In this document: positions 46,651 through 55,899 of the stretch, in pieces
How the letters are laid out: every line of letters begins with the position of its first letter
Numbering within the stretch: position 1 is the stretch's first letter
NCBI GenBank assembly: GCA_900546875.1
Contig: URET01000001.1
Span: 226,069-290,068, forward strand
From: an uncultured Eubacteriales bacterium
GTDB taxonomy: Bacteria > Bacillota > Clostridia > Christensenellales > CAG-314
Direction: 5' to 3'
DNA: 64,000 nucleotides
Made by a program: the position numbers and the translations under genes
Notes under the pieces: generated by a model
Told to the model about the DNA's origin: nothing
The model's input: the letters and a program-made list of their open reading frames with translations, nothing else
Database searches by the model: none

Positions 46651-47674
46651 TTCCTACACGCCTTCTCAGCTGACCGCATGCACCCTCTATATCTGCGCCC
46701 AATGATCTCCTTATCGTATTCGATACCCCGAGTTTGGTAAGCTTTTCAGAAAAAGCACAGGCTCTTTTTTTCGTCGCCGATACCAATTTGCGTTCTTCGA
46801 CCGGATTCAGCATTATCAGGTTTACATGAGCCGACATGCCTCTGATCAAAACCGCAAGTTTTTCGGCGTCTTTTTCCGTATCGTTGAAGTCCTGTATCAA
46901 AGTATATTCGAAAATTATGCGCCTGCCGGTATTTTCAAAATACCTTCTCGCCGCATTCACAACTTCTTCCACCGTATACTTATTCGCTATGGGCATTATC
47001 TCCTTTCTCTTCTCATTATAAGCCTCATGCAGAGATATCGTGAGATTGATCTGCAAACCGAGCTGCGACAACCTCTCTATCTCGGGGACCAACCCGCATG
47101 TCGACAAACTTATATTCCGCATTGCTATATTAAGACCGTTTTCATCATTGACCATACGTAAAAATCTGACTGTATTATCAAAATTATCCAACGGCTCGCC
47201 GCTTCCCATAAGTACAATATTCGTTATCTGCCTGTTTTCTCTCGTTGCACCAAGCCGACCGTTTACCGCATATACTTGTCCGAGTATTTCTCCCGCGGAA
47301 AGATTTCTTATCAGTCCGTCAAGCGTACTCGCGCAAAACCTGCAGCCCATCCTGCATCCGACCTGTGTTGACACGCATAAAGTATTTCCGTATTTATAAC
47401 GCATCAATACACCTTCTATCAAAGCTCCGTCCTGAAGCTTATACAGATACTTTTCGGTCCCGTCTTTTCCCGTATACACCTTGCTGATCACTACAGGCTG
47501 CGCTATAAATCTTTCCGCGAGAGAGCTCCTCACGCTCTTAGCTACGTCGGTCATTTCTTCGAATTCTTTGCCTAAAGGCAGCCAGGCGTATATTTGCCTG
47601 ACAGTATATTTTTTTAATTCCGGCATTAATCCGTAAGCTTCTTCCTGAGTGTAATCGGGTAATATTATCTTCAT
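46643..47674 (-). CDS. rlmN: 23S rRNA/tRNA (adenine-C2)-methyltransferase, radical SAM
   Basis: CVSTQVGCRMGCRFCAS radical-SAM cluster and the C-terminal GADIEGACGQL; 343 aa. Confidence 0.92.
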   Translation of the reverse strand: MKIILPDYTQEEAYGLMPELKKYTVRQIYAWLPLGKEFEEMTDVAKSVRSSLAERFIAQPVVISKVYTGKDGTEKYLYKLQDGALIEGVLMRYKYGNTLCVSTQVGCRMGCRFCASTLDGLIRNLSAGEILGQVYAVNGRLGATRENRQITNIVLMGSGEPLDNFDNTVRFLRMVNDENGLNIAMRNISLSTCGLVPEIERLSQLGLQINLTISLHEAYNEKRKEIMPIANKYTVEEVVNAARRYFENTGRRIIFEYTLIQDFNDTEKDAEKLAVLIRGMSAHVNLIMLNPVEERKLVSATKKRACAFSEKLTKLGVSNTIRRSLGADIEGACGQLRRRVGNE

Positions 47675-48972
47675 TTTTCCCTCAGCTTTTCCATCGCGGC
47701 TATAAAAAAGCCTTCTTCTGCGCCCTCTCCGGGAAACAAAAATGCCTGTCCGTATTCATCGATACTCCCGGAAAATTCCTCCGGAAGCATCACACCGATC
47801 CTTCTGAAACGTTGGTCAGAGGCTAGAAAATCCCTGATCTGATCTCCGTTTTCACGATCGAATACCGTGCATGTGCTGTAAACGAGCACTCCTCCCTCTT
47901 TTACATATTCCGCGCAGTTCTTCAAAATCCCGTACTGCAATCGGGCAAGTTCTTCTACGGCTCCCTCTTTTCTGTTTAATTTTATATCCGGCTTCGAAAA
48001 TACGACGCCGTATCCGCTGCACGGTACATCGCACAACACAAAATCGAACTTCTCTTTATACCTTTCTTCAAATACCGACGCATCACCGACTTCAACATTG
48101 ACTTTTACGCCTGCTTTTTCCGCGTATTTTCGTATCAGCTCCGCTCTGTGCGGGTAAAGTTCGCAAGCCGTGACCTCGCCTTCTAGCATTTCAGCCAGAT
48201 AAACGCTTTTCCCTCCCGGCGCCGCACACGCATCAAACACACTTGCGCCCTCAGGAAGTTTTACGCACCGGCATGCCAATACCGACCCCATACCCATTAT
48301 ACTGCAATACCCGCGCTCAGCAAATGAAAGTCCGTCGGAACTTATCCTGTATACCCCTTCCACAGGAGTCTTTCTGAACCCGACGCGTTTTTCGGACAAA
48401 AGTTTTTCGAAATCCTTCACGCTTATCCTTCGCGTGTTTACCCTTATATTTACGCTTTCGAAATCGGGCCGATAAGACATAAATGCTTCGGCTTTTTCCT
48501 TCCCCATCTCGGATATCAGCCGTTTTACCGCCCACAGCGGAAAAGAGTATTCTATCGACATCCTTTCAAACTCATCGGTCGGATATTTTACGCTTCCGGA
48601 ACTCAATGCTTCGCTTATACGCCTCAGCACGGCGTTCACAAATCCCTTTATCTGAGGTTTCCCGATATCTCCCGCAAGTTTTACGCATTCGTTTACCGCA
48701 GCAAAATCGGGAATATCCATATACTTTATCTCATAGATCCCTATCTTCAGCAACGTCCTGACTGCAGGCTTCACTTTGACGACATACGCGTTTATAAGAT
48801 AATCCGACTCGATATCTCTTTCAAGCACGCCGTAAAACAATCTGCATATCAGAGCTTTGTCTTCCTTCCGGGCGTTACCAATATATTTATTCAGCTCGAT
48901 CGACGAAAACGCTCCTTTGCGGTAAACTCCGTCCAAGGCTTTATAGACATAATACAGCGGAGTCAGTTTCAT
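47671..48972 (-). CDS. rsmB: 16S rRNA (cytosine967-C5)-methyltransferase
   Basis: NusB-like N-terminal domain, DACAAPGGKS, DVPCSGYG, YSTCT; 433 aa. Confidence 0.9.
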   Translation of the reverse strand: MKLTPLYYVYKALDGVYRKGAFSSIELNKYIGNARKEDKALICRLFYGVLERDIESDYLINAYVVKVKPAVRTLLKIGIYEIKYMDIPDFAAVNECVKLAGDIGKPQIKGFVNAVLRRISEALSSGSVKYPTDEFERMSIEYSFPLWAVKRLISEMGKEKAEAFMSYRPDFESVNIRVNTRRISVKDFEKLLSEKRVGFRKTPVEGVYRISSDGLSFAERGYCSIMGMGSVLACRCVKLPEGASVFDACAAPGGKSVYLAEMLEGEVTACELYPHRAELIRKYAEKAGVKVNVEVGDASVFEERYKEKFDFVLCDVPCSGYGVVFSKPDIKLNRKEGAVEELARLQYGILKNCAEYVKEGGVLVYSTCTVFDRENGDQIRDFLASDQRFRRIGVMLPEEFSGSIDEYGQAFLFPGEGAEEGFFIAAMEKLREK

Positions 48973-49928
48973 TTTATCTCATCTCCGAAAATGTCGCCGA
49001 CTTTGATCTTTCTTCCGTTCAGAAGATCGGACGCCCTTGTCTTTTTCCCGCCGGCAAACTGTATATCGTCAATTCTGACACACCCTCTGCCGCATTTTAC
49101 TATCAACCCGTTTTTACCCGCTTCCGCAATCTCTCCGGGCACTAAATTCCTTTTCCGCGCCGCCCCCGCATACTCGGCTCTGTATATTTTCACATCAGCG
49201 CCGTTTATTGTGCTGCGCGCTCCCGGATTGCTCGACAAACTCCTTATCTTACAGGATACCCCCTTTCCGCATTCACTCCAGTCTATTCTTTCATCCTGCT
49301 TCTTTATCTTCCTGCAACAGCTTACCCTCCATCTTGCGCCGTCCGTCCTTATATTTTTCTGAGGAACATACTTCGCTTCTCCCCTCTCTATTTCGTCAAG
49401 CGACTCCACAAGAAGCCTCCCTCCTTCTCGCGCAAGCAACTCGGAAAGTTCGTCTGCAGTCATAGAAGGCGTTATATCAACGGCAAACTGCTTTAAAACG
49501 TCTCCCGCGTCCATTTCATACACGGTCTTCATGATAGACACGCCCGTCCGTTTCAGACCGCATGCTATTGCCGTCTGTATCGGAGATGCTCCGCGCAATT
49601 GCGGCAGTAAAGATGCATGAACGTTCAATACCCCGTACTCGGGAAGCGACAGGATCTCCTCGGACAACTTCTGCCCGAATGCGGCAGTCACGAATATATC
49701 AGCGCAAAACCTTTTCAACAGATCAATATCTGCGGAAATATCGTCTGTCTTTATCACCGGCAAGCCTCGCGCCTCCGCATACTCGGCTACCTCGCTCCGT
49801 GTGAGCTTTTTTCTGTTTCCGGGCTTATCCGGCCTTGTTACCACTCCGACTACTTCATGCGAGGATTCAGTAAGCGCATACAGACACTCGACCGCAAACT
49901 CGGGATTCCCTAAAAAAATCACCTTCAT
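48969..49928 (-). CDS. fmt: Methionyl-tRNA formyltransferase
   Basis: MKVIFLGNPEFAV, NVHASLLPQLRGASPIQ; 319 aa. Confidence 0.92.
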   Translation of the reverse strand: MKVIFLGNPEFAVECLYALTESSHEVVGVVTRPDKPGNRKKLTRSEVAEYAEARGLPVIKTDDISADIDLLKRFCADIFVTAAFGQKLSEEILSLPEYGVLNVHASLLPQLRGASPIQTAIACGLKRTGVSIMKTVYEMDAGDVLKQFAVDITPSMTADELSELLAREGGRLLVESLDEIERGEAKYVPQKNIRTDGARWRVSCCRKIKKQDERIDWSECGKGVSCKIRSLSSNPGARSTINGADVKIYRAEYAGAARKRNLVPGEIAEAGKNGLIVKCGRGCVRIDDIQFAGGKKTRASDLLNGRKIKVGDIFGDEIK

Positions 49929-50386
49929 TTCGCTACCTTCCTGATCATCTTGTCCACAAAAAGTATCCCGTCAAGATGGTCAAGCTCATGCAAAAAACAA
50001 CGGGCTTTATAACCTTCTGCACTCACCTCTCTGTTTTTGCCTTCTCTGTCGGTATATGCTATCTTTACCTTTGCCGGCCGTCTTACCAATCCTCTGTAAC
50101 CGGAAACCGACAAACACCCTTCTTCATCTACAAGCGTCTCCTGAGATGCATATGCAACTGTCGGATTTATCATCTCATACAGCTCGCCCTCATATTCCAC
50201 TATACATATCCGCTTCAGTATCCCGACCTGCGGCGCGGCAAGTCCTAATCCGCCGACATGATGTAAAGTATCCTTTAAATCGTCTATCAAAAGCAGAGTT
50301 TTTCCGTCAATCTCCATTACAGGTCTGCTCTTCTTCCTCAGCACATCGTCACTCTCGCCTAATTTGAATACGTTCCTTACAGCCAT
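49925..50386 (-). CDS. def: Peptide deformylase
   Basis: GLAAPQVG, EGCLS, HELDH metal motifs; 153 aa. Confidence 0.93.
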   Translation of the reverse strand: MAVRNVFKLGESDDVLRKKSRPVMEIDGKTLLLIDDLKDTLHHVGGLGLAAPQVGILKRICIVEYEGELYEMINPTVAYASQETLVDEEGCLSVSGYRGLVRRPAKVKIAYTDREGKNREVSAEGYKARCFLHELDHLDGILFVDKMIRKVAK

Positions 50387-50402
50387 TTCCGCCTCCGTAA
50401 AA

Positions 50403-52595
50403 TTATGACATGCTCTGCGGATTTATCTCGGCAAATACACTGACACCTCGCGTCTTATTCGCATTGATCACCGCATATACGCTTTCCGTTATCTCATCTG
50501 TCTTCCCGACCTCTATCCTCATCAGAATCTGAAAACGAAACCTGCTCTCTATCCTCTTTATCGGAGACCGCATCTTCTGCAGAAATATGAAAGCCTCGTT
50601 TTCTCTGAGTTTTATGTTTTCTATTTCCTTATAATCCGCATTGACACGCTCTATACACCTCTGCTCATCTTCACCTGTATACAGCACTCTCAGAATCGTA
50701 CAAAACGGAGGAAATTTAGTAGCCTCCCTTATATTTATCTCCCTTTTGTAAAACGATACATAATCCTGTCTTGATGCATATGTCAAGGCATAATGATTCG
50801 GAGTATGAGTCTGAAGCACCACTCTCCCCTTCAGATCCTTCCTGCCGCACCTGCCCGCAACCTGCGTTATAAGCTGAAAAGTACGCTCCGCACTCCTGTA
50901 ATCTTCAAGATAAAGGCTCTGATCCCCTTCTATTACTCCGACAAGCGTAACAAACGGAAAATCATGTCCTTTTGTAACCATCTGCGTTCCCACAAGTACC
51001 TGCGCTTTCCTGTCCCTGAACTCTGACAATATATTAAAATGCGACTCCTTGGTCTTAGTCGTATCATAATCCATGCGTAAAACATTGACGCCCGGCAAAA
51101 TCTTCTTTATTTCGTTTACCACCTGTTCAGTCCCGATCTTGCCCTGCCTCAGATACTCGCTCTTGCATTGCGGACATATGTCAAACATCCTGTATTTCTT
51201 GCCGCAATAATGACATTTCAGAACATTTTCATCCATGTGATATGTAAGACTGACTTCGCAGTCTTCGCACTTAGCTACATATCCGCATTTGGAACACATT
51301 ACAAAACTGCTGTAACCTCTCCTGTTTAAAAAAAGTATCGCCTGCTCTCCCGCCGAAACCACTCGCTTGAGTTCGCTCTGAAGCTTCTGTGACAAAAAAC
51401 CGCTCCATCCCTTCATCCTCTCGGTTACCATGTCCACTATCTCTACCTCAGGCAAAGGTTTTCCGTTGATCCGCTCCGGCAACACCAACAGCTTATACTC
51501 CCCGCGCTGAGCTGCATAGTAGCTCTCCAACGAAGGAGTGGCACTTCCCAAAATCAACGCGCATTTATTGTAAGCCGCCCTCTCTTTCGCTACTTCCAGG
51601 GTATTGTACCGCGGATTAGACTCGCTCTGATAACTGCCGTCATGCTCTTCGTCGATTATCACCGCTCCGATATTCTCCAAAGGCGCAAAAACTGCGCTCC
51701 TCGCACCTATGGCTATTCGGGCTTCTCCTCCCTCTCTCAGCCGACGCCATTCGTCATACTTTTCTCCTGCAGAAAGTCCGCTGTGAAGCAATGCGACACT
51801 TTCGCCGAAACGTTTTCTGAATTTACTCATCACTCCCGGCGTCAAAGAAATCTCGGGAACAAGCATTATCGCCGTTTTCCCGCGCTGCAGCACGCTCTCG
51901 ATAATATTCATGTATATCTCGGTCTTTCCGCTTCCCGTTACGCCGTGGATCAGAAACCGACCATCGGGCTCTTTCAATACCGCATCGACACATGCCTGCT
52001 GAGCCTCTGTAAGCACATGACGCTCTCCGTCACCGCGTACCAGGGACAAAGGAGTTCGCCTTAAAGCCTTCTCCTCCGTATAAATAACTCCCTTTTCCTT
52101 TAACGCCGCATATGCAGCCGCCCCGAACCTGCTCTTCAATACCCCGACGGATTCACTCCCTTTTCCGTCAAGATAATCTAATAGCTCCTTTTGCTTTACC
52201 GCGTTTTTCCTTATAGCGGTATAAGCTGTCTCCCGATCAGCCGCAATCCTTGCATACGCCTTCACAAGCTCCTTGACTTTTCCGTTCCTTATTTCCGACG
52301 GTACAAATATCCGCATACAATCCACCGTCTTGAGATTGTACCTCCGCTTCATGAATTCCGCAAGATGTATCATCTCCCCGATGACCACCGGATAATCATC
52401 CGGCACTCCCTCTATATCCTTCAGCTTATCGGAATATCTGCTCGTTTCAGCTACGCCCGTAACATACCCCTCAGTCAAACGCCCGCCGAAAGGCACAATG
52501 ACCCGCGTGCCCGGCTCTATCCCCTCCGCGCCGCGGTAATCATACATCTTATCGACTTCTGATGCACTGATGTCAACTATTACTTTATAAATCAA
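50403..52595 (-). CDS. priA: Primosomal replication restart helicase PriA
   Basis: GVTGSGKTE Walker A, DEEHD, zinc-ribbon CSKCGYVAKCEDCEVSLTYH...CHYCG...CPQC. TTG start 52593-52595. Confidence 0.9.
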   Translation of the reverse strand: MIYKVIVDISASEVDKMYDYRGAEGIEPGTRVIVPFGGRLTEGYVTGVAETSRYSDKLKDIEGVPDDYPVVIGEMIHLAEFMKRRYNLKTVDCMRIFVPSEIRNGKVKELVKAYARIAADRETAYTAIRKNAVKQKELLDYLDGKGSESVGVLKSRFGAAAYAALKEKGVIYTEEKALRRTPLSLVRGDGERHVLTEAQQACVDAVLKEPDGRFLIHGVTGSGKTEIYMNIIESVLQRGKTAIMLVPEISLTPGVMSKFRKRFGESVALLHSGLSAGEKYDEWRRLREGGEARIAIGARSAVFAPLENIGAVIIDEEHDGSYQSESNPRYNTLEVAKERAAYNKCALILGSATPSLESYYAAQRGEYKLLVLPERINGKPLPEVEIVDMVTERMKGWSGFLSQKLQSELKRVVSAGEQAILFLNRRGYSSFVMCSKCGYVAKCEDCEVSLTYHMDENVLKCHYCGKKYRMFDICPQCKSEYLRQGKIGTEQVVNEIKKILPGVNVLRMDYDTTKTKESHFNILSEFRDRKAQVLVGTQMVTKGHDFPFVTLVGVIEGDQSLYLEDYRSAERTFQLITQVAGRCGRKDLKGRVVLQTHTPNHYALTYASRQDYVSFYKREINIREATKFPPFCTILRVLYTGEDEQRCIERVNADYKEIENIKLRENEAFIFLQKMRSPIKRIESRFRFQILMRIEVGKTDEITESVYAVINANKTRGVSVFAEINPQSMS

Positions 52596-52633
52596 ACGCC
52601 TTCTCCATATACTACTATCTTACACATAGTAGT

Positions 52634-53836
52634 CTAAACTCGTTTTTCGTTTCTTATCTGCAGTATTTTATCGAGTATTATATCAGCTATCTCACTCTTG
52701 GGCAGTTTGCCGGTCTCAAGGATCGTGCCGCTGCGGTCCATCAGAGTAACAATATTTGTGTCTGTATCGAACCCTGCACCTTCTTTCGTTACGTCGTTTG
52801 CCACTATCATGTCGGCGTTTTTATCGGAAAGTTTTTTCATGGCATTTTTCTGAAGGTCATTCGTTTCGGCAGAAAACACCACAAGGGCCCTGGAACCTTT
52901 ATTTTTCCCGACGGCTTTGGCTATATCTTCGTTTTTCTCGAGATGCAGTGTGACCCTGTCTCCTTTTATCTTTTCATTCGAATACTCGATGGGCTTATAG
53001 TCGCAGGGGGCAGCCGCCTTGACTATTATGTCATATTGCTCAAAATTATCCATTACCGCGCGGTACATTTCCGATGTTGTCCTGACCCCTATCACCTTCA
53101 CGCCTGCCGGCGGTTGGGCTTTATGCTCACCGAGTATTACCAGCACTTCCGCACCTCTTTTTTTCGCCTGTGCAGCTATTGCAAGCCCCATTTTCCCGCT
53201 GCTGCGATTAGTCAGAAATCTCACCCCGTCTATCGGCTGTGAGGTCGCGCCTGCCGTGACCAACACCTTCAGTCCTTCGTAATCTTTTTTTCTCTCTTCG
53301 AAAAACTCCTCTATTCGGCTTATTATCTCTTCCGGTTCCGCCATCCTTCCCTTGCCTTCGTCTCCGCAAGCAAGGTGCCCCGTTCCGCTATCGACTATTA
53401 TCGCCCCAGCCGCTTCAAGCTTTTTCAGATTGCTCATGAAAATCGGATTCTCATACATACCGGTATTCATTGCAGGCGCAAGCATTAACGGCGCACGAGT
53501 CGCCATTACGGTTGTCGAAAGCATATCATCGCAAATTCCTCCGGCAATCTTACCTATCATATTGGCTGTTGCAGGCGCAATCACTATCAATTCCGCTTTC
53601 TGCGCAAGCGAAACATGCTCTATTTCCCAGGGCTTATCCCTCCTGAACATATCTGTGACCACCGGCCTCCCCGATAACGACTCGAATGTCAACGGCGAAA
53701 CAAATTCCGTCGCATTTTTCGTCATTATAACGTCTACTTCCGCACCTTTCTGTACCAGCCTCGAGACTATCGTACATGTCTTATACGCCGCAATGCCGCC
53801 GGTCACACCGACCACAACTTTCCTTCCTTTCAGCAT
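52634..53836 (-). CDS. coaBC: Bifunctional phosphopantothenoylcysteine decarboxylase / phosphopantothenate-cysteine ligase
   Basis: GVTGGIAAYK flavoprotein N-domain and TAGATSQPIDGVRFLTNRSSGKMG CoaB domain; 400 aa. Confidence 0.92.
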   Translation of the reverse strand: MLKGRKVVVGVTGGIAAYKTCTIVSRLVQKGAEVDVIMTKNATEFVSPLTFESLSGRPVVTDMFRRDKPWEIEHVSLAQKAELIVIAPATANMIGKIAGGICDDMLSTTVMATRAPLMLAPAMNTGMYENPIFMSNLKKLEAAGAIIVDSGTGHLACGDEGKGRMAEPEEIISRIEEFFEERKKDYEGLKVLVTAGATSQPIDGVRFLTNRSSGKMGLAIAAQAKKRGAEVLVILGEHKAQPPAGVKVIGVRTTSEMYRAVMDNFEQYDIIVKAAAPCDYKPIEYSNEKIKGDRVTLHLEKNEDIAKAVGKNKGSRALVVFSAETNDLQKNAMKKLSDKNADMIVANDVTKEGAGFDTDTNIVTLMDRSGTILETGKLPKSEIADIILDKILQIRNEKRV

Positions 53837-53837
53837 T

Positions 53838-54035
53838 TTAATCCTCGTTTACTATCTTTGTCTTGCCTTCCGCCAGTTCCTCTGCCGCATAGCTGATAGT
53901 CTTTATGTCGGTGCTCAATTCATCGTTTGCCTGCAAAACGTTCAGCTCTTTTGCCCTTTTGCTTATTGCAATGCATAAAACGTATTTATTCTTTGCTATA
54001 GCCGTAAGCTGATCAATTGAAGGTTTTGTTATCAT
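53838..54035 (-). CDS. rpoZ: RNA polymerase subunit omega
   Basis: 65 aa, PSIDQL....NKYVLCIAISKRAKEL. AAGGAG RBS. Conserved position upstream of coaBC. Confidence 0.85.
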   Translation of the reverse strand: MITKPSIDQLTAIAKNKYVLCIAISKRAKELNVLQANDELSTDIKTISYAAEELAEGKTKIVNED

Positions 54036-54047
54036 GATTCTTCTCCT

Positions 54048-54923
54048 TTATTCTATATTTTGCACTTGTTCTCTTATTTTCTCGATCTCATTTTTCAAAA
54101 CAAGTCCTATATTTGTTATATTTATGTTGTTTGACTTGGAACATACCGTATTGACTTCTCTGTTCAATTCCTGTGTGAGAAAATCAAGCTGTCTGCCTAC
54201 GGCTTCTCTCTCCTTCAGCAATGCACGGAAATGCGCTACATGAGAACTCAGACGTGTCAATTCTTCATCTATATTGCTTTTATCCGCAAAAAGTGCGATC
54301 TCTGTTGCAACCCGTGCCTCGTCCGGCTTTATGTCCCCCATATACTCGTTTATACGCTGCCTGAGTTTTTCGGCGTATTCCTCAGGAACACTCGGTGCGA
54401 TCTCGTAAAGTTTTTTTAGATTGTCTTCAATAAAATCTATTCTGCAGGCTATATCCGCTATGAGTCTTTCCCCTTCAAACTCTCGCATACGACATAATAC
54501 TTCCAAAGCATCGTTTACCGTTCTCTCCAGCATCTCCAGAATAACTTCCTCTTCCTCTTCCTGTGCCTTTAAAGTTATCACTTCGTTGCTTCTTGCCAGC
54601 ACTGAAAAACTAAGATCATTTACTATCCCGTATTTCTCCGAAAGTTCTTTCGCCGCTTCAGCATAATCGGCTGCCAATGCATAATTCACACTGATTTTTT
54701 CTTTCCTGAATCCGTTCTCCGACAAATTGACGCTGACTTCCACTCTCCCTCTTGTCAGCTTCAAAGCGATCATTTTCCGTATATTATCTTCAAACGAGCT
54801 CAGCATCTTCGGCAGCTTCAATGAAACATCCAGAAATCTGTGATTTACGGATTTTATCTCCGCTGTCATTTCGTATCCTTCTTTTTCTGTTCGGGCTTTA
54901 CCGTATCCCGTCATGCTTTTCAT
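54048..54923 (-). CDS. yicC: YicC/YloC-family stress-induced endoribonuclease-like protein
   Basis: MKSMTGYGKA..., KSVNHRFLD, C-terminal LDFLTQELNREVNT..SKS...I......K.EIEKIREQVQNIE. The best start is ATG 54921-54923 after GGGGGA. Confidence 0.88.
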   Translation of the reverse strand: MKSMTGYGKARTEKEGYEMTAEIKSVNHRFLDVSLKLPKMLSSFEDNIRKMIALKLTRGRVEVSVNLSENGFRKEKISVNYALAADYAEAAKELSEKYGIVNDLSFSVLARSNEVITLKAQEEEEEVILEMLERTVNDALEVLCRMREFEGERLIADIACRIDFIEDNLKKLYEIAPSVPEEYAEKLRQRINEYMGDIKPDEARVATEIALFADKSNIDEELTRLSSHVAHFRALLKEREAVGRQLDFLTQELNREVNTVCSKSNNINITNIGLVLKNEIEKIREQVQNIE

Positions 54924-55899
54924 CGCGATTCCCCCGATCATACATTTTCATTATCTCGTCTTTTTGTACGCTTATCTTTCTGCGTTCACCGTCTATCACG
55001 GCATAAACATCCTTGCCTTCTGTCATTTTTCCTATCTGCACGGCATTGATCTTCATTTCGTTCAACTCGGCTATGAGCTTTTCCGGCTCAGGCGTCACAA
55101 ACAGCATACTTCCGCTTGACAACAATCTGAATTTATCAAGATCGGCTTTTCGGCAAAGTTCTTCGGTGATCCGTCTGAAAGGAATTTTCCCGGCTTCTAT
55201 TTCTGCACCTAATCCGAGTCCGCCGGCAGTCTCGCATACCGCTCCGAAAATTCCTCCTTCCGTTATGTCGTGCGCCGCCGCGATCCTTACCTTCCCGAAT
55301 ACCTTACCCTCCTCAACTACGCTGATATCATTCAGACAAGCCGACGCCTCATTTTCTTCCTCTTCGGTAAGCTGCAATTCCCCGGAAAAATCAGCTGCCA
55401 GCACCGCCGTCCCTTCCAATCCGAGCTCCTTGCTTACTACTATTCCGTCACCTGCTTCGGCCCGACAAAACCGCAACTCCTCAGGTCTTACGCCTATCGC
55501 CGTTGCACTTATCACCGTCCTCCTGACCGCGTCGGTAAACTCCGTATGCCCGCCGATTATCTCTACATTCAATTTCTCCGCTTCCTTCTCGGCTTCCGTC
55601 ATAACTTGCCTGAGCTGCTCCGTACTGCTCTCCGGAGGCAAAAGCACCGACAGCAATATCGCCACTGGCTCCCCGCCCGCCGCCGCTATATCGTTGCAAC
55701 ATACGTTTACAGCCAAGGCTCCGCTGTTTTTAGAAGCCCCAGTGATCGGATCCACAGTAAAAAGCAAGATGCCCTCTGCTTTTATCTCCGCACTGTCACA
55801 CCCGAGTGCCACACTCTTTATCACTTCTTTCCTTCGCTTCGTTACTTTTGATATTATACACTCCTGCAGCTCCGACGGAGTAAGCTTCCCACTCTTCAT
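54898..55899 (-). CDS. AIR-synthase-related (PurM/HypE/ThiL superfamily) protein, function unknown
   Basis: MKSGKLTPSEL N-terminus, FTVDPITG, CCNDIAAAGGEP, IIGGHTEF, AAHDITEGG, typical of the PurM-fold ATP-binding family. Its ATG overlaps the gatA stop (ATGA). Confidence 0.75.
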   Translation of the reverse strand: MKSGKLTPSELQECIISKVTKRRKEVIKSVALGCDSAEIKAEGILLFTVDPITGASKNSGALAVNVCCNDIAAAGGEPVAILLSVLLPPESSTEQLRQVMTEAEKEAEKLNVEIIGGHTEFTDAVRRTVISATAIGVRPEELRFCRAEAGDGIVVSKELGLEGTAVLAADFSGELQLTEEEENEASACLNDISVVEEGKVFGKVRIAAAHDITEGGIFGAVCETAGGLGLGAEIEAGKIPFRRITEELCRKADLDKFRLLSSGSMLFVTPEPEKLIAELNEMKINAVQIGKMTEGKDVYAVIDGERRKISVQKDEIMKMYDRGNRDEKHDGIR

